From Marsupella aquatica (Eukaryota > Plantae > Marchantiophyta), in contig OZ316898.1 of NCBI GenBank assembly GCA_973895155.1, forward strand, positions 11,493,187-11,557,186: a DNA stretch of 64,000 bases, given 5' to 3'. The position numbers and the translations under genes were made by a program. The first letter of the stretch is position 1. Every line of letters begins with the position of its first letter. Below the pieces are notes generated by a model. It worked only from the letters and a program-made list of their open reading frames with translations. It did not search any database and had not been told where the DNA came from. Shown piece after piece: positions 38,163 through 50,200 of the stretch.

Positions 38163-39313
38163 AACTTAACCCCAAACTTGAATACTAAAAAACCTCTAAC
38201 CCAACCTAACCTAGCCATGACTTCCTATTAAAGTCTCAATATATGGCCTCCTGAGATGATGCCTTTCCCCCTTTCTACACCCTCCAATAAGAGCATCAAC
38301 AATTGAAGCCAGATGAAATTGGTTAGCCCCTAAATATAAAGGCCCAAACTCTACACTCACGCATACTTTTAGTTATTTCTTGGGAATATATATGTACCAA
38401 TTGCATAGTGACAAGTGTACCAATTAGAACATGCCATATGTACTATGCATGTACATGACACAAAAACTCTAACTTTCATAGACAACTTTATGAAATATGA
38501 CCCATTTAATGAGGGCCTATTTTTCTTCAAAGTAGACCCAAAAATTAAATGGACCCTATTGTACTTCCATAAAACTTTGGAAGTGTTCTTTAAGGACCAT
38601 TTAAATGACCCTATATTTTGTTGCATGTGATGTGGCACTTCTGTGGAAGCAACTCCCTAGCCCCTACAAGGGAGGGACGGGGTCCCCATGCTGCTTTGGA
38701 TTGCTCCATCAGTTCAGGTGTGCTGAGCAATTGTGCAATTGTGCCATCCATCTTGAAGTAACTGAACTTCCTTGTACTGGTGGTGGTGTTAATGTCTTGA
38801 AGGGCGAAGGTACCAATCTTTAGGAGGAGTGGGATGGAACAACTAAAAGCTTTACTCCAGATAACTTCTAGAGTCGTAAGTTCCCAGCCAAGTAGGGTGA
38901 CTGACAAGTTCAAATGATTTCCTGACATACGATACATATAATTATGATCAAACTGCCAAAAAGCAGGGGGCGTTGAACCCTAAACCCTAAATCCATGTGC
39001 AAGAACTATCTCAGGAAGTGTTTAAGAAATGATACCCTGATTGCTGGACAAAGTGAGTACTTGCAATTTGATTCTAAAGAGGTGAATTTGATGTCCAAAC
39101 TTAAAGCTAAATATACTAAACCGCTAGAATATAGGATGTTGTAGTCAATCCCCACTACAAAGATAGAATTTGAAGAACATGACTCACCTCGATTTCACAA
39201 AACAACGCATAATATATATCACCTTATCCTTGATCAATCATTTGTGTGGGCCTCAAGTCCCATACAAGTGTGCTCATTCACGTGAAACAGATTCCCTTGT
39301 AACCCTCCATTTG

Positions 39314-39536
39314 CCATTAGCTTTTTGCCACATTAGCTTTTTGCCGCATTTGCTAGGAATGATGAGGAGCTCGGTCCGTTTGCATTAGTTTTAGTTCATC
39401 TTTCTTGGTTTTTAGGGGTTCCCTATTGCTCACTTCTTTTGCGTTTGGTTTTGTCCACTTGGACCCTCTTTTGTTTGTTCTTTTGTACTCTGTTTGGTCC
39501 TTTTCTGTAAAAAGTTTGTATATTAATCTCTTCATT
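39314..39536 (+). mobile_element. Isolated 3' end (~220 bp) of the CRE element, opposite orientation
   Basis: Reverse complement of 41496-41699, roughly 85% identical by eye. A 16-bp tandem duplication sits at its 5' junction. Confidence 0.85.
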
Positions 39537-41042
39537 GAGCATTTTAAAGCACTTTATGCCAAAGACCCAAAGGCACCTCCTAGAAAGCTTATATATTGTA
39601 AACATTTAGGGCTTTGGACACTTAAAAAAGAAAAAAAGAAAAAAAAGACTTTTCAAGCATCTAATACATAAATAAATCATTCTTCCATGAAATATCTAAA
39701 TTTAAATCTGGGTGGACATCTGCATTTGCCAACTTCTCAAGCCTGGATGGATTGCAGCAATGAGTGAATGTGCCAAGAAAACAAAAGAATCATCTTTGGA
39801 GATTTTAGGGGTCTCAATTCTTGATGAAATTTGCCACACCAATTTGAGTTCAGTTGAGTCAAACTCATCCACTAACCATTTGGGACTCTAGGTGTACAGA
39901 CAAATGAAAACCTTGCCTATTATGCTCTACATACCAACCCACATATCTCCACTCTCATCACACCATAGCAACACTACACAAGACTATACTATTGCCAAAA
40001 GGCTCAATTTGCAAGAATGAAAAAGTCAGGATGACTCATTCTCCAAGCTATTCATATTTTCATTCGTGGCACAACAGATGGTGACCTGGATGAATGGGTC
40101 ACCCCTATTAAATGACCTGCTACAGTAGGTCACCTTCCCAAACTCTCACTTAACACTTAGACAACTTAACAAAGTTGCACCTCGAGTTGCACCCAATGCA
40201 ATATGGGCAAGAACATGGGTCGGGTACAGATTGATGTACATATCATTGACTGCATTTTTGTGAAGGGAAATGTGCGAATGTCATGATTTTTAGATTCAAT
40301 AAATTTTGTGTTGACAATTCTTCATAGTTCAAATGTTATTGTATCCGGATTTCAAACCGACGTAGCAAGCTCTATCTCTGTTAGTGCTTAGAAGTTTTGC
40401 ATATGGGCTATGAGAAGCATGAGGGTGGGGCAGGAGCTGGGTCTGCTACATGAAGAGATTTTTGCTACTATGGGATTGTAGTGATGAAACTTGTGCGTAA
40501 CGCAAACTCAAGGGTTACCCTTTTATGTTTGATTTGCATTGCTTGGGGTTTCATAAACTTAGAATTCATGGATTTGTAGTTTGGACCAATTTGTGATGAA
40601 TAGTTGCATATCATGTGAACACTTGCATATCATGAAAGTGGATTCTTACAAGGCCTATTGAAAATGCTCTATAATACAATCACCCACAAGGAAACTAATA
40701 TATTTAATTGTTTGAGATTGTTAGTGTGTGGAGACTATCTTGCGGTACATCCACTTCTTATTGTTTGATCCCTTCACAAATGATGCTTCAAGCTTATGGG
40801 CCTGCTAGTTTGGTGTGTACATTTGATTCAATGAGAGTGATTTGGGTTTGAAATACACTCTAGATAGGGTGCGCTTTGTTTTCCCATGGTGATGCTGGAG
40901 TGATTCCCAACGTACACACCATAGTGAGTGCACATGTGTTGTGATGAAGAGAACATATATATATATATATATATATCACCACGCTTGGGCTAGGAGATTG
41001 ATTAGGTGATGCTTTATGTCAGACTATACCGGTGCCTATGCG

Positions 41043-41460
41043 TTGCACAAAGATGTTGAGGTGAAGAAAATATGTTGGTGTGAAAAAAGTTGTGGATGAA
41101 AGAAACAGAGGTGAAGAAAAAATGTTGATATGAAAAAAGTTGTCGAGGGAAAGAAAAGATGTTGGTGTGAAAAAAATTGTTGATGAGAGAAAAAGATTTT
41201 GAGGTGAGGAAAAGAAGTCAAAGTGAGAAAAGGTGTTGAGGAAAGAAAAGATGGCAAGGTGAGAAAAAGATGTAAAGATGTAATGATTTAATGATGTAAA
41301 GGAGAAAAAAGATGTTGAGGGTGAGGGAAAGATGTCACGGTGAGGTAAAGAACACAAAAAAATGCATGTGTATTGCACACAAGATGTTGAGGCAAAGAAA
41401 ATTTGTTGAAAGGAGGAAAAAATGTCAAGGTGAGGCAAAGTTGTTGAGAAAACACAAAAA
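41043..41460. repeat. Degenerate ~19-bp purine-rich minisatellite (consensus ~GATGTTGAGGTGAAGAAAA)
   Basis: About 20 imperfect units. It explains the low-complexity F/S/H-rich ORFs on the minus strand. Confidence 0.75.
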
Positions 41461-41495
41461 ATCGCAGACAAACTCATTCCCTATGCAGTGCAAAA

Positions 41496-44400
41496 AATGA
41501 AAATAATACACATACTTTTTACAGAAAAGGGCCAAATAGAGTACAAAAGAATAAACAAGAGAGGTCCCAAGTGGACAAAACCAAACGCAAAAGAAGGGAG
41601 CAAAAGGAAACCCCTAAAAATCAAGAAAGAGTAACTAAAACTATCGCAAATGGACCGAGGTCCTCATCATTCCTACCAAATGTGGCAAAAAGCTAATGGT
41701 CTACATCAAGTGTCGAAACAAAATCGGCAAGTGGGACTGGAATGTCCTCTAGGGGGGCTAGCCGCTGTGGAGTCACACTAGCACCCACTGTCTGAGATCG
41801 ATGATAGATGGCCTGAGCTTGAGCACGCTATAAGGTGACTGAAATGTGTTGGCGAAAGTGCGTGGTCAAAACAGATAGCGGGGGTCCGGTGGAACCCATC
41901 CGGCCATGAACATCCCGAGCGCGCAGCTTGGCGAAGAAGCCCGTCGAACTGATGATGGAGACGCCCAAATATCTTAAGAGCAAGGGGCAGGAAGCTATCA
42001 GATGAAGCTCATGCAGCAGATTTGGCCTCCTTCGTTGTTGTTGCTCGTGATGTTGCTGCCCCTGCCGTTGTTGCCACTGCCCTAATGATGTCTTGGCGCA
42101 ATGGGTTTGCCACCACTACATCTGCCAAAGTACGTTGACCCTCACGGACCATGGTAAGATCCACCCGTAATCGTTGTGATGGATGACCAGGTAACTCGAG
42201 CACCACCTCCGCCGCGTGCAGACTAAAGAGCCAGAGAGAACTTGAGCAGTCGCATCTCTCACAGCGTCGTGAACAAAAATGGTTTCGCCGCTCAAACTGC
42301 ACCGAAGAAGATGGACACCTGTGGCATCACAAGGCTTCCTACAAGTGCAAGTAGGAGGTAAACTAGCAAGAAGTGGGTGGGGCAAGCCCATACGAAGATG
42401 CATGGCTGTCGCAAACTTCGCTGAAGACATCCACAGGTGAGGAATGACTGGATTGGCCTGAAGCCAGCCTCCTGCGCCCTTCCCTCCGGAAGAAAGAATC
42501 CGAGTTTGGTTCGTGTTAGGTGCCTCGATGAGGATGCTGGAGAGGGTGAAAGCGTGCATACGCCCAACAAGGTCTGCCTAAAGACGAACGGGGTCCAAGG
42601 ATAAAAACTCATGAAATGAAGGTAATGCAGCTCGAACAGGATCTGGTAATGATGATCGCACCGCGCGCAAATGAACCTGAAATGGGAGGGAAACCTCCTC
42701 TACCTCCATGAGAGACAAAAGTAAAAAAGGTCGATTCTCAATAAGGAAACGATCTGCCAACAATGAGAAGGTGACCGCCCACGCGCCCAAAAAGGCCAAA
42801 GGTGCAAGGCGCTCAGTGGAAGTAAGCCCAAAACCACCGTGAGAAATAGAAAGACTGAGCTGTCGATGAAGCCACGAAGATGAGAGCAAAATACCTGGCC
42901 CTAAAAGAGAGGCCAAAGTCTCACGAATGGAGACATCAAACGCTCAAAGGTGTAGATAAAGATCCTCGGTAGGGGGATGTGTCCGAGCCAAATAGGATGA
43001 GCGAGGGTGGATGCATCTCAACAACAACCCAAATGCTGCCTGAGAATCTGCTAAGTTAGGGAGCATAGGAGTAGGGGCTAAGGCAGCCTGTAGAGCGTCA
43101 GCAATGAAAGATGAGCAAAAGGAGGCTGTACCGACTGGGGAGCCAAGGACCCAAAGACCGTCGGCTGGACGTAAGAACCCAGGGGGAAGTGCAAGATCAA
43201 AGGGTAACCCAACTGGACTCCATGCACGACTCTTGACCTGCTGAACCCATAAACCGAGGCCCAACAAATGGGTGGAAAGTGGCGAGGGCAGAAGTAACCG
43301 CAGCAGGTGGACCAATGATGTGGGTGTCATCTGAAAGGGAGGGGAAGATATACTCGGGGTGGGCCACGGAGGCTTCCCGTAAAGCAGTAAAATGGGCAAT
43401 GGCAAAAAGAGGCCCACCCAAAGGGTCACCTTGACGTGTACCTTTTGCAAAAGAAAGAGTGGTATACACTCCTGTAGAGGTGTGATGACTATAGAAGAGG
43501 GGGGCCTCGAGTCCATAAAAACAATGGACAAAGGAGATAAGGGACTGGATGTCTGGATCCGCCGCCCTCAAAGCACAAAAAATTGATGCCCGAGAAACCG
43601 TATTGAAAGCATTAGAGACATCAACCTGGAGGACAACCCAATCAGGGTGGAGGTCCAAGGTAGTACAAATACCCGCAATAACTGTCTCACAACCGCTAGG
43701 AACGCCCACTGCAAACTGATGTGGAGAGAGATGATCCGATAGTACAGAGCGATACTGCGATGAAAGTGTGCGAGACACCAAACGAAGAAAAACCTCTCCA
43801 ATAGCTATGGGCCAAACACCCGGTGAAGACTTAGCCATGGCCAATAAACGTGAAGCACTCAAAAGCCGAGAGACGGGAGGAGGCAAACGGCCGGCTGCAA
43901 TACATTGGCAAAAGGAGAAGAAAACTGGAAAACCAGACTGAGGGAAATAAATCACGAAAATGCTCAAAGGCATAGCCAAAGGGGCCACCAACCGCGCAAT
44001 GCGGGGCATGCAGGAAGGCATAGGTGAAGTGGCCCTACTAAACTGAAGATCCTCCTCAGGCTCAAAATCCTCCACGAACAAAGGGAGCTAATCATAGGGC
44101 TACGGATGGAGATCCTGAAGGGCCGTCAAGGTGACCTCGCCAGGGGGGCTGGTGTGGTGGGAGATGGGGCCTGGACAGCACGAAGATATTCACCAGCCTG
44201 GGCTAAATGACTCGAGCTAAACGACAAGAGCGACAAATGCGTCTATGCTCTGGAGGATGAGAGTGGCAAGCTGGGTCAGACAAAGCACGGGTAGTAAAGG
44301 AACGGGCTCAAAGAAAATACTCTTCCTGAAGCTATTCCTAATCTCCCCGCAGAATACGATGGATACGAGAGGCAGTCTCATGGTGACCCACGCGACCACC

Positions 44401-45200
44401 GTGACTAGGGAGGGTAAGAGTCCACTGTGGAAAAAGCATGAGTAAAGACCAATAGGAGACCTCTATAGGATGTGCCAAGATAAGCTACATGAGCTGCAAC
44501 AAGGATGACCAAACTATTGGGCGCAACGCTAGTGGGATGTGGTTATAAAGGCAAGGTCTAATGTACCCTGGATGGTAGGCTGGAAGGGGGGTCTAGAGTG
44601 CGAACCCAACTCCATGCCTGCTCGGAAGCCTCCAAGGAAGGAGGGGCAGAGCTAACGGGGTCAAGAGGGGGCTGGGGCTGGGATTGTGCTTGCTGGCGAC
44701 GTTGGCACCGGCCCCGCCCGCGATGATGAGGAAGGGAGAGGCCAACCCAGCCACAGTTAGGACAAGTATGCAGGGGACGCTCGTCTAGGGAGGGAGCAGG
44801 GAACGACTGGACAGGAGGTGGGGGGGGGAACAGACGTGGGCGAAGAGGCTGGAGGGGGATGCTGGAGGGGTGGAGGGGGTATGGGGTGGGCAGTAGACTA
44901 GGGGGACTGGTAGAGCATCGGGCATGGGGTCATCATGAAGATGAGAGAGATCCAATGAATAAGAACAAACACGAAGGCGACCACGAGGGGGGGGGGGAGG
45001 AGGGGGGAGAAGTGTGTGGTGGGGCTGGGCGCTTGCCCCGCGCCAACACTCTCAATGTAGACATGACAGGCCGCAACCCAATAAAAGCAAAAGCGCATCA
45101 AGAAGCGACAAAAGGCCCAACCAAGACATGTGAAAAGGAAGGAAGGCTATGGAGAGAGCCCACCGCGTCAATCCAAGAAACGGCGCCACCGCTAGCCTAG
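41496..45200 (-). mobile_element. CRE-clade non-LTR retrotransposon (single ORF: zinc finger-RT-CCHC-RLE), decayed
   Basis: N-terminal HTCPNCG..HH...C at ~44700-44772. RT motifs (R/W)PIAIGEVFLRL, QFAVG, VDVSNAFN, GTRQGDPLGGPLF, SLSDD, GLWVLGSPVG and LSISHGGFGL. C-terminal CTC..H...C, HDAVRD, RVDL..ADVVVANP..TKEAK, FLPLALKIFG and FRQHISVTL*RAQA. No APE domain. Several stops and frameshifts; 5' boundary approximate. Confidence 0.85.
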
Positions 45201-46159
45201 GAAACCATTGAGCACGTGCAGGCACAGCCGGGAACAAAGTTGCATGTTGCACAAAAATGTCATTGTTTGATGGTGTTTGTGATTGTTGCAATAATATTGT
45301 CATTTTGGTCATTAATGTAAACGTATTATTGTTGAGGAGGATGAAGGTGAGAACATGGAGATGCAAGATGGGTGACAATGGTCATTACATCATGGAGTCG
45401 TAGTATGATCATCCCAAAAAAATGATGCAATTTTTATTAAAATTAAAATTATTCATATTTTAAATACATAAATATATACATAGTTCTTAAAAATGGGGGG
45501 CAAGAAAATACAAAATTATCTAACTTGATCCCCTTTGTTTTTCCTTAAGACCTTTTTCATTCTCCTCTTCCTTAAATTTTGTTCCTTTTTTCCTTTACAT
45601 GGCCCTCTCCCTTTTTTCCTTTACATGGCCCTCTCCCTTTTTTCCCTCCATGCCAATTTCTTGCTACCTTCTCCCTGGATTTTTGGATAGTGTTTTATCT
45701 TTATGTCTCTATGAGAGTATTATAAGTGCACCCTTGTAGAGTTGTAGTCCCATGGAAGAGTAAAAAAGACAATCTAGGACAATTCATACTTGTACTCTTA
45801 AGTACAATTGTTCTTGTTCTCTCTAGGCTATTGCAATGTCATTGTGTAGACTTTGGCTGGAGAACATCCTTTCTATTATTAATTAATAATTAAACGGCTA
45901 CAAAAAATCACGTAAATTACCTAACAACTGTACGTCATTCATTCTTGCCAAAATGCATTTTGTAATGGAAAGAATGACAAAAATAAGCAAGATTCAATAT
46001 TATAGATGTAGATTGGTTATTGTGGAGTCCTCTAGTAATAGTAATGCAAGGCTACTTGATGGATGACAACTTACAATATTTCACTTAAAAGGAGTGGGAT
46101 GCTATAGGTACTTCATTCTCCAAAAATGGCATATAATGTGCAACTAATTATATATATGA

Positions 46160-46407
46160 TCATTTTATTGGTTCTAAGGAAATATTTAAGAATTTTTGAG
46201 AATAAGATTAGGGTACTTTAAATCTAATTTTGAGATAGTCATATGAAAAGAACAGAAAGGTCTTTTCAATCAAAATTTTTGAATATTCCAAATCCCAATT
46301 CCAACTTTATATAGGTTAAGAAATTAAAAATGTCTTATATTTTACGGGGTCCAATACCTAAAATGTCCCAGGTGAAAGGGAGGCCTCCACACAGTGAGAC
46401 CTGCGAG
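46160..46407 (+). mobile_element. Diverged relative of the 24027 MITE
   Basis: ttttattggtt..gaaata..attagggta..gaatattcc..ggttaagaaatt, ending tgagacctgcgag like the right TIR. Confidence 0.5.
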
Positions 46408-46454
46408 AGTTAGATCCTCAAAGTGGGGGATGCTTGTCACTAAACTACTTTTTT

Positions 46455-47250
46455 TTATATAACACTAATTGATGATTGAGTGTAGCAAAAGCTTTCCCTC
46501 ATAATTGGTGTGAATAACAATTAGTGTGAATCACACTAATCTGTGTGAACATTGTACATATGCCTGTATGTGCCGAGTACAATTTCTTGTGTTGTTGTGG
46601 AGGACTGGTATTAGATAGCAGCTCTTTACTGTAGGGTTGTGATTTAGTAAGGGTCAACCTGCAAACTGCAATTCTTGTGGTATTTACAAAGTAACTTGCT
46701 TTAATATAAAGAGATTACACACATTCACTTTTTATATAATTAGAGGATTACGCGCATTACATGGTAGGTCTGCAGTAACCAGGAAATGCACTTATTTACA
46801 TTGCACTTTCTGTGGTATTGGAGGTTCACACACATTACACAGGAGGCCTGCACTTAACATGAAATGCACTTATATATGTCACACTTTATGCACAACTTTA
46901 AAGGTTTTTGTTGACATAACACTAATTCACGAGGCCTCAGAATTAGTTTGAATAACTAATCTTTGTGAACGGTGTATATAGTGCGTATACGTGGCCTACA
47001 CTTAACCATGAAATGCGCTTATATACTTACGTTGCACTTTATGCATGGTGAGCTATAAAGGCTATTCTTGACATAACACTAATTCATGAGTGAAGCGAAA
47101 AAAAACTGCCTGCTCAGAGTTAGTGTGAATAACACTAATCTTCGTAAAGAGTATATAAATTAGTGAATCGAAACAAATTGCCTACTCAGAGTTAGTGTGA
47201 ACAACACTGATCTTCGTGAACAGTATATATAATGCGTATATGTGCGGATA
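46455..47250. repeat. Patchwork of degenerate direct repeats
   Basis: Recurrent ataacactaat, ttagtgtgaa..acactaatc..gtgaa and gaaatgcactta blocks. Confidence 0.65.
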
Positions 47251-50200
47251 GCAGCTATTATTGTAGACTTGCTCACGACGATTCCTTCTCGTGTAGCAGT
47301 GGTAGACCTCACGTGGGTAGGTCGGTTTGGAGAAGTTCATTCTTCGAACTTATTACTACGGCGTACTGGATATTTTTGGCCGTTCAGTGATAATGAGTGC
47401 ACATAATAGGACGACAGCCAGCTAGTGCCTAGCCGCAGCCTAGCCTGATGACTGTGGAGGTCCTTCTCGTTTCCCATATTCTTTTCCCATCGCTCCCTTG
47501 GTCTTATTTTTCTGGGCAGGACGCTCGGCTGTCGTCTCCAGCAGTCTAAATATATGGGCTGCCATTTTCGAAACGTCCCAGTTTGACTACAACCCCGATC
47601 CCTCCGGATCCTCTCCTCTCAGTCAGCCGCTGTGTCCGGGATGAGTGCCGGGAATGATCGAGGAGCTCGTTTCAGCTGTGTTCAGTTTTCATACGTAAAT
47701 CGGTAAATCGGCATTGTTTCGTTGATGCAAGTGTGGTGGGAAGCTTTGCCTCTCAGCTACTTGCATATCTACCGAGTCTGCTCTGTCTGATTGCAATGTA
47801 TGCTGATCAAGTGCTGATCAAGTCGTGAGTTCAGAGTGTGCCGTCTATTTGTTATCGGTGTTTATCTATCCGCTGTCCTTTGGGTGATCTACTGTATCTG
47901 CTCTGTGTCTGATTGCGATGTTTGTTGACGAAAGTTTGGATTTCGATCTGAGAAATCTCTGTTCTCGTTCGCTTGCAACCTACTTCTACTTCTTGTTGTT
48001 GATTGTGCTCTACTCCTCTCAACACTCTGTTGGGTTCTTTGCCAATGTAACGCAGCCTGTCTTGATCAAGAAATTCTTCACAGACATTCCTTTGTCAATG
48101 GATGAACGAATGAATGGGCTGCCGGTAGATTTTCTGTCTGCCTGCTGTTCCTTCCACGGCACGGATTGATGTTACTGTTCACTACCCGTCTCTCCCACTG
48201 CAACTAAGCCCAGGCCAGTTGTGCACAGATGAACAGGGTTGAGAAAGGACTGAGGTGTAATGCAGGTAGCATGTTCTGTTTTGCTGATGTGATTGATTTC
48301 CGCTCGAACAGAACTTACTTCAGTAGGATTATGCTGCTGGACCCATACAAATATACAATGGCTTTTAGTTTCCATCTTAAATCGCTTTGAATGGTGCTAC
48401 AGGTCTGAGTGCGGGGGACCGCGCTGAACTGGTCGGCTTTCTCATTGCTGGTGCATTCTTGTCCCACGTGCCATTAGCAAAATGTCCTAGCACTCACCAT
48501 TAATTTCCTTGCTGTCATGATTCCAGTTTCATAATGTTCATCTGTCTCCAGGACAGGCTTCAGTTCCTCGCAGGGCAATCTTCCAGGTATCTGGAATTTC
48601 TCGCTCCGAAAATGAAAGATGGAGGCGCTGTTTCTCAAGCATTTGAGGCTCGCACCTTTGGTTTCATTTCGCTCTTGCCCTTGGTCTCCAGGCTTGCAGC
48701 AGGGTCTGCAAGGATCGAGGGTTTAGGGCTCTTCGTGTCCCCGGGGTTTCTTTTAGCTCGTTTGGAACTCTGGTCCTTTCTATCCAGCCGGCCAGAGCAA
48801 GTAATGACGCAGGAGCCGTCCTCGTTCTTCGCGAGCTCGCTTCGTGCCTCAGCCTCCCAGACTGAGAGGTGAAGAGAGGCCGGCGCGTCGCATTGGGCGT
48901 GCTTGCTTTGCTCTCTTTGTGAGTCTAGTGTTCCCCTTTCCCGTGCCTCCAAGCGCATCTTAAAGTTCCCATGGCATTACGTACGACCATTCCTTTCTGT
49001 TGCTCACCTGGAGACTTTCTATTGCGGCATCGGTTTTCACTGTTACTCGGCTCTGAGACGAAAGTTTTGCTTCGTAGTGCTCGTGGTTGTCATTGCGGTG
49101 CCGCAGCAGGGCAGGTCTAGGGCAGGGGCGTTTCGTTGAGTACACTTTTGAGTCTTTCATGTTTACTTAAAGGCTTGTCACTGATGATGATGGCTGCCGG
49201 AGTCGGAGCCTTTTCCCACCGAGAATCCTCCGTATGTCACTCCCATTCTGCCCACAAGTAGCCTGGCTTTCTTTTATGTGCACTTATCGAGCGGCGATAA
49301 TTTTGGTATCCTTGGAGGGCCACACCGTTGATGCCGTCGCCTTGTGAAGGCCATGTGGATCACATGGGTGTTCCGTTGTGTTATTCGTCTATTGTGACTA
49401 TAGCCTCGTAGGCGAGATGCTGCTCTCTCTGCCTCATCTATTTTATGTTCGCCTGGGGTTTGTACTGTTCGATGGATACAGAGTGTAGACTACTATGACG
49501 CAATGATATAGATAATGGACGTGCGATCTGTGTTCTGTGGTGCCTGGTCGTTGCTAATTCTCATTCTGCTCTGAGAAATCATTAGCCTAGCCACTAGAAG
49601 AATCGGAGTCATCTGCCACAACACCTTGCGCTGAACATTTTCCTCGCGATGAACATTTTCCTCGCGAATTTCGCTGTTATGATGCAAGTTTCGTGACAAA
49701 GTTGTGTTCTTTTGTTCAATTTGGATCTACGGGTGTTCAACAATTTCACTCGACGGTGATTGGTTTCGTGCTTAATGTCTGAATTATAACTATGGTATAT
49801 AGGCATGTTTATGCACGCAGGTGTTCTTGGAAGAGTTGGTAAATTGTTTTGATATGGACCTGGTGTTGCCACTATCCACGAATTGTGGCGGTTCAGTTCA
49901 GACACAGACACCCCGCAGTGCCGTTCTTTGAAGCCTTTCAGTGTATTTGGAAGAGTTCGAGAAGAATGTGCTGAGAAGGACCTGGTGTTGTCACTATCCA
50001 GTCTGAATTGCAGCAGTTGAGACTGCTGGCAAAAGATAACTCAACTCACATAGTGGGATTCAGAATGTAATCCAATTGCACCAATTGTGGGTAGTGACCT
50101 CACCATATGTGTTCCAAAGCATGTCTGGAGCAATGCAGTTTGGACTAGGGGACTGTGATTTTGATGAATTTCAATGGTTCGTGGATAGTGACTTCGTCAC

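Noticed and set aside
41019-41477. 152-aa F/S/H-rich ORF
   Set aside because: It is a translation of a degenerate minisatellite.
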